64,000 bases of DNA from Scyliorhinus canicula (taxonomy: Eukaryota), in assembly GCF_902713615.1 (NCBI RefSeq), contig NC_052154.1, positions 68,902,096-68,966,095 of the forward strand, given 5' to 3'. Shown here in pieces: positions 63,788 to 64,000 of this stretch (positions are counted from its first letter, which is position 1; the number at the start of each line of letters is the position of its first letter). The notes below the pieces were generated by a model. The model was not told the origin of the DNA. It ran no database searches and saw only the letters and a list, made by a program, of their open reading frames with translations. Both the position numbers and the translations under genes were made by a program.

Positions 63788-64000
63788 CTAGTTCGAGTCC
63801 GGCTTTTCTTCCTGGACAAAGGCCCACGCCTCCTCCGGGGACTCGAAATAGTGGTGCTGGTCCTTGTAGGTCACCCACAAGCGTGCTGGCTGCAGCATCC
63901 CGAATCTAATTCTCTTGGCATGCAGCACCGCCTTCGTCCGGTTGAACCGGGCCCGCCGCTTTGCCACCTCCGCACTCCAGTCCTGAAAGATCCTCACCGT
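63788..64000 (-). CDS. L1/Tx1 ORF1 C-terminus (partial)
   Basis: VRIFQDWSAEVAKRRARF...RFGMLQPARLWVT, homologous to the ORF1 end at 2771-3070. Confidence 0.88.
   Translation of the reverse strand, partial: TVRIFQDWSAEVAKRRARFNRTKAVLHAKRIRFGMLQPARLWVTYKDQHHYFESPEEAWAFVQEEKPDSN

Larger units (their letters stand above)
58941..64000 (-). mobile_element. Young, near-intact L1/Tx1-clade LINE (continues beyond the window)
   Basis: ORF1 C-terminus at 63788->64000, 724-bp G-rich spacer, ORF2 from 63063, G-rich 3' UTR, AATAAA and poly(A) at ~58941-58980. Confidence 0.95.

Noticed and set aside
1-64000. CRISPR arrays, operons or other prokaryotic systems
   Set aside because: No regularly spaced repeat-spacer arrays. 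The sequence is spliceosomal, TE-rich vertebrate DNA.

Overview
Eukaryotic, repeat-dense vertebrate genomic DNA. The SINE/LINE repertoire (HE1-like V-SINEs, CR1, L1/Tx1, Gypsy, Penelope) points to a cartilaginous fish, probably a catshark (inference). The window holds two divergently transcribed, spliced protein-coding genes. TMPPE is on the minus strand with 4 coding exons seen (30392->4401) and its last exon(s) left of the window. An uncharacterised type-II membrane protein with a JmjC/cupin-like HxD motif is on the plus strand with 3 coding exons seen (40138->52689) and continues right of the window. Each gene sits head-to-head with one of two identical tRNA-Leu(CAG) genes, which form an inverted duplication about 8.8 kb apart. 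TMPPE introns contain: an intronless ASNA1/GET3 retrocopy (14-bp TSD, open ORF, mutated P-loop), a complete Gypsy LTR element, an ORF1-only L1-like element, and a five-level nest of transposons. A young, near-intact L1/Tx1 LINE fills the right end. Most short ORFs in the supplied track are shadows of these repeats. All calls were made by eye; no alignments or database searches were run.
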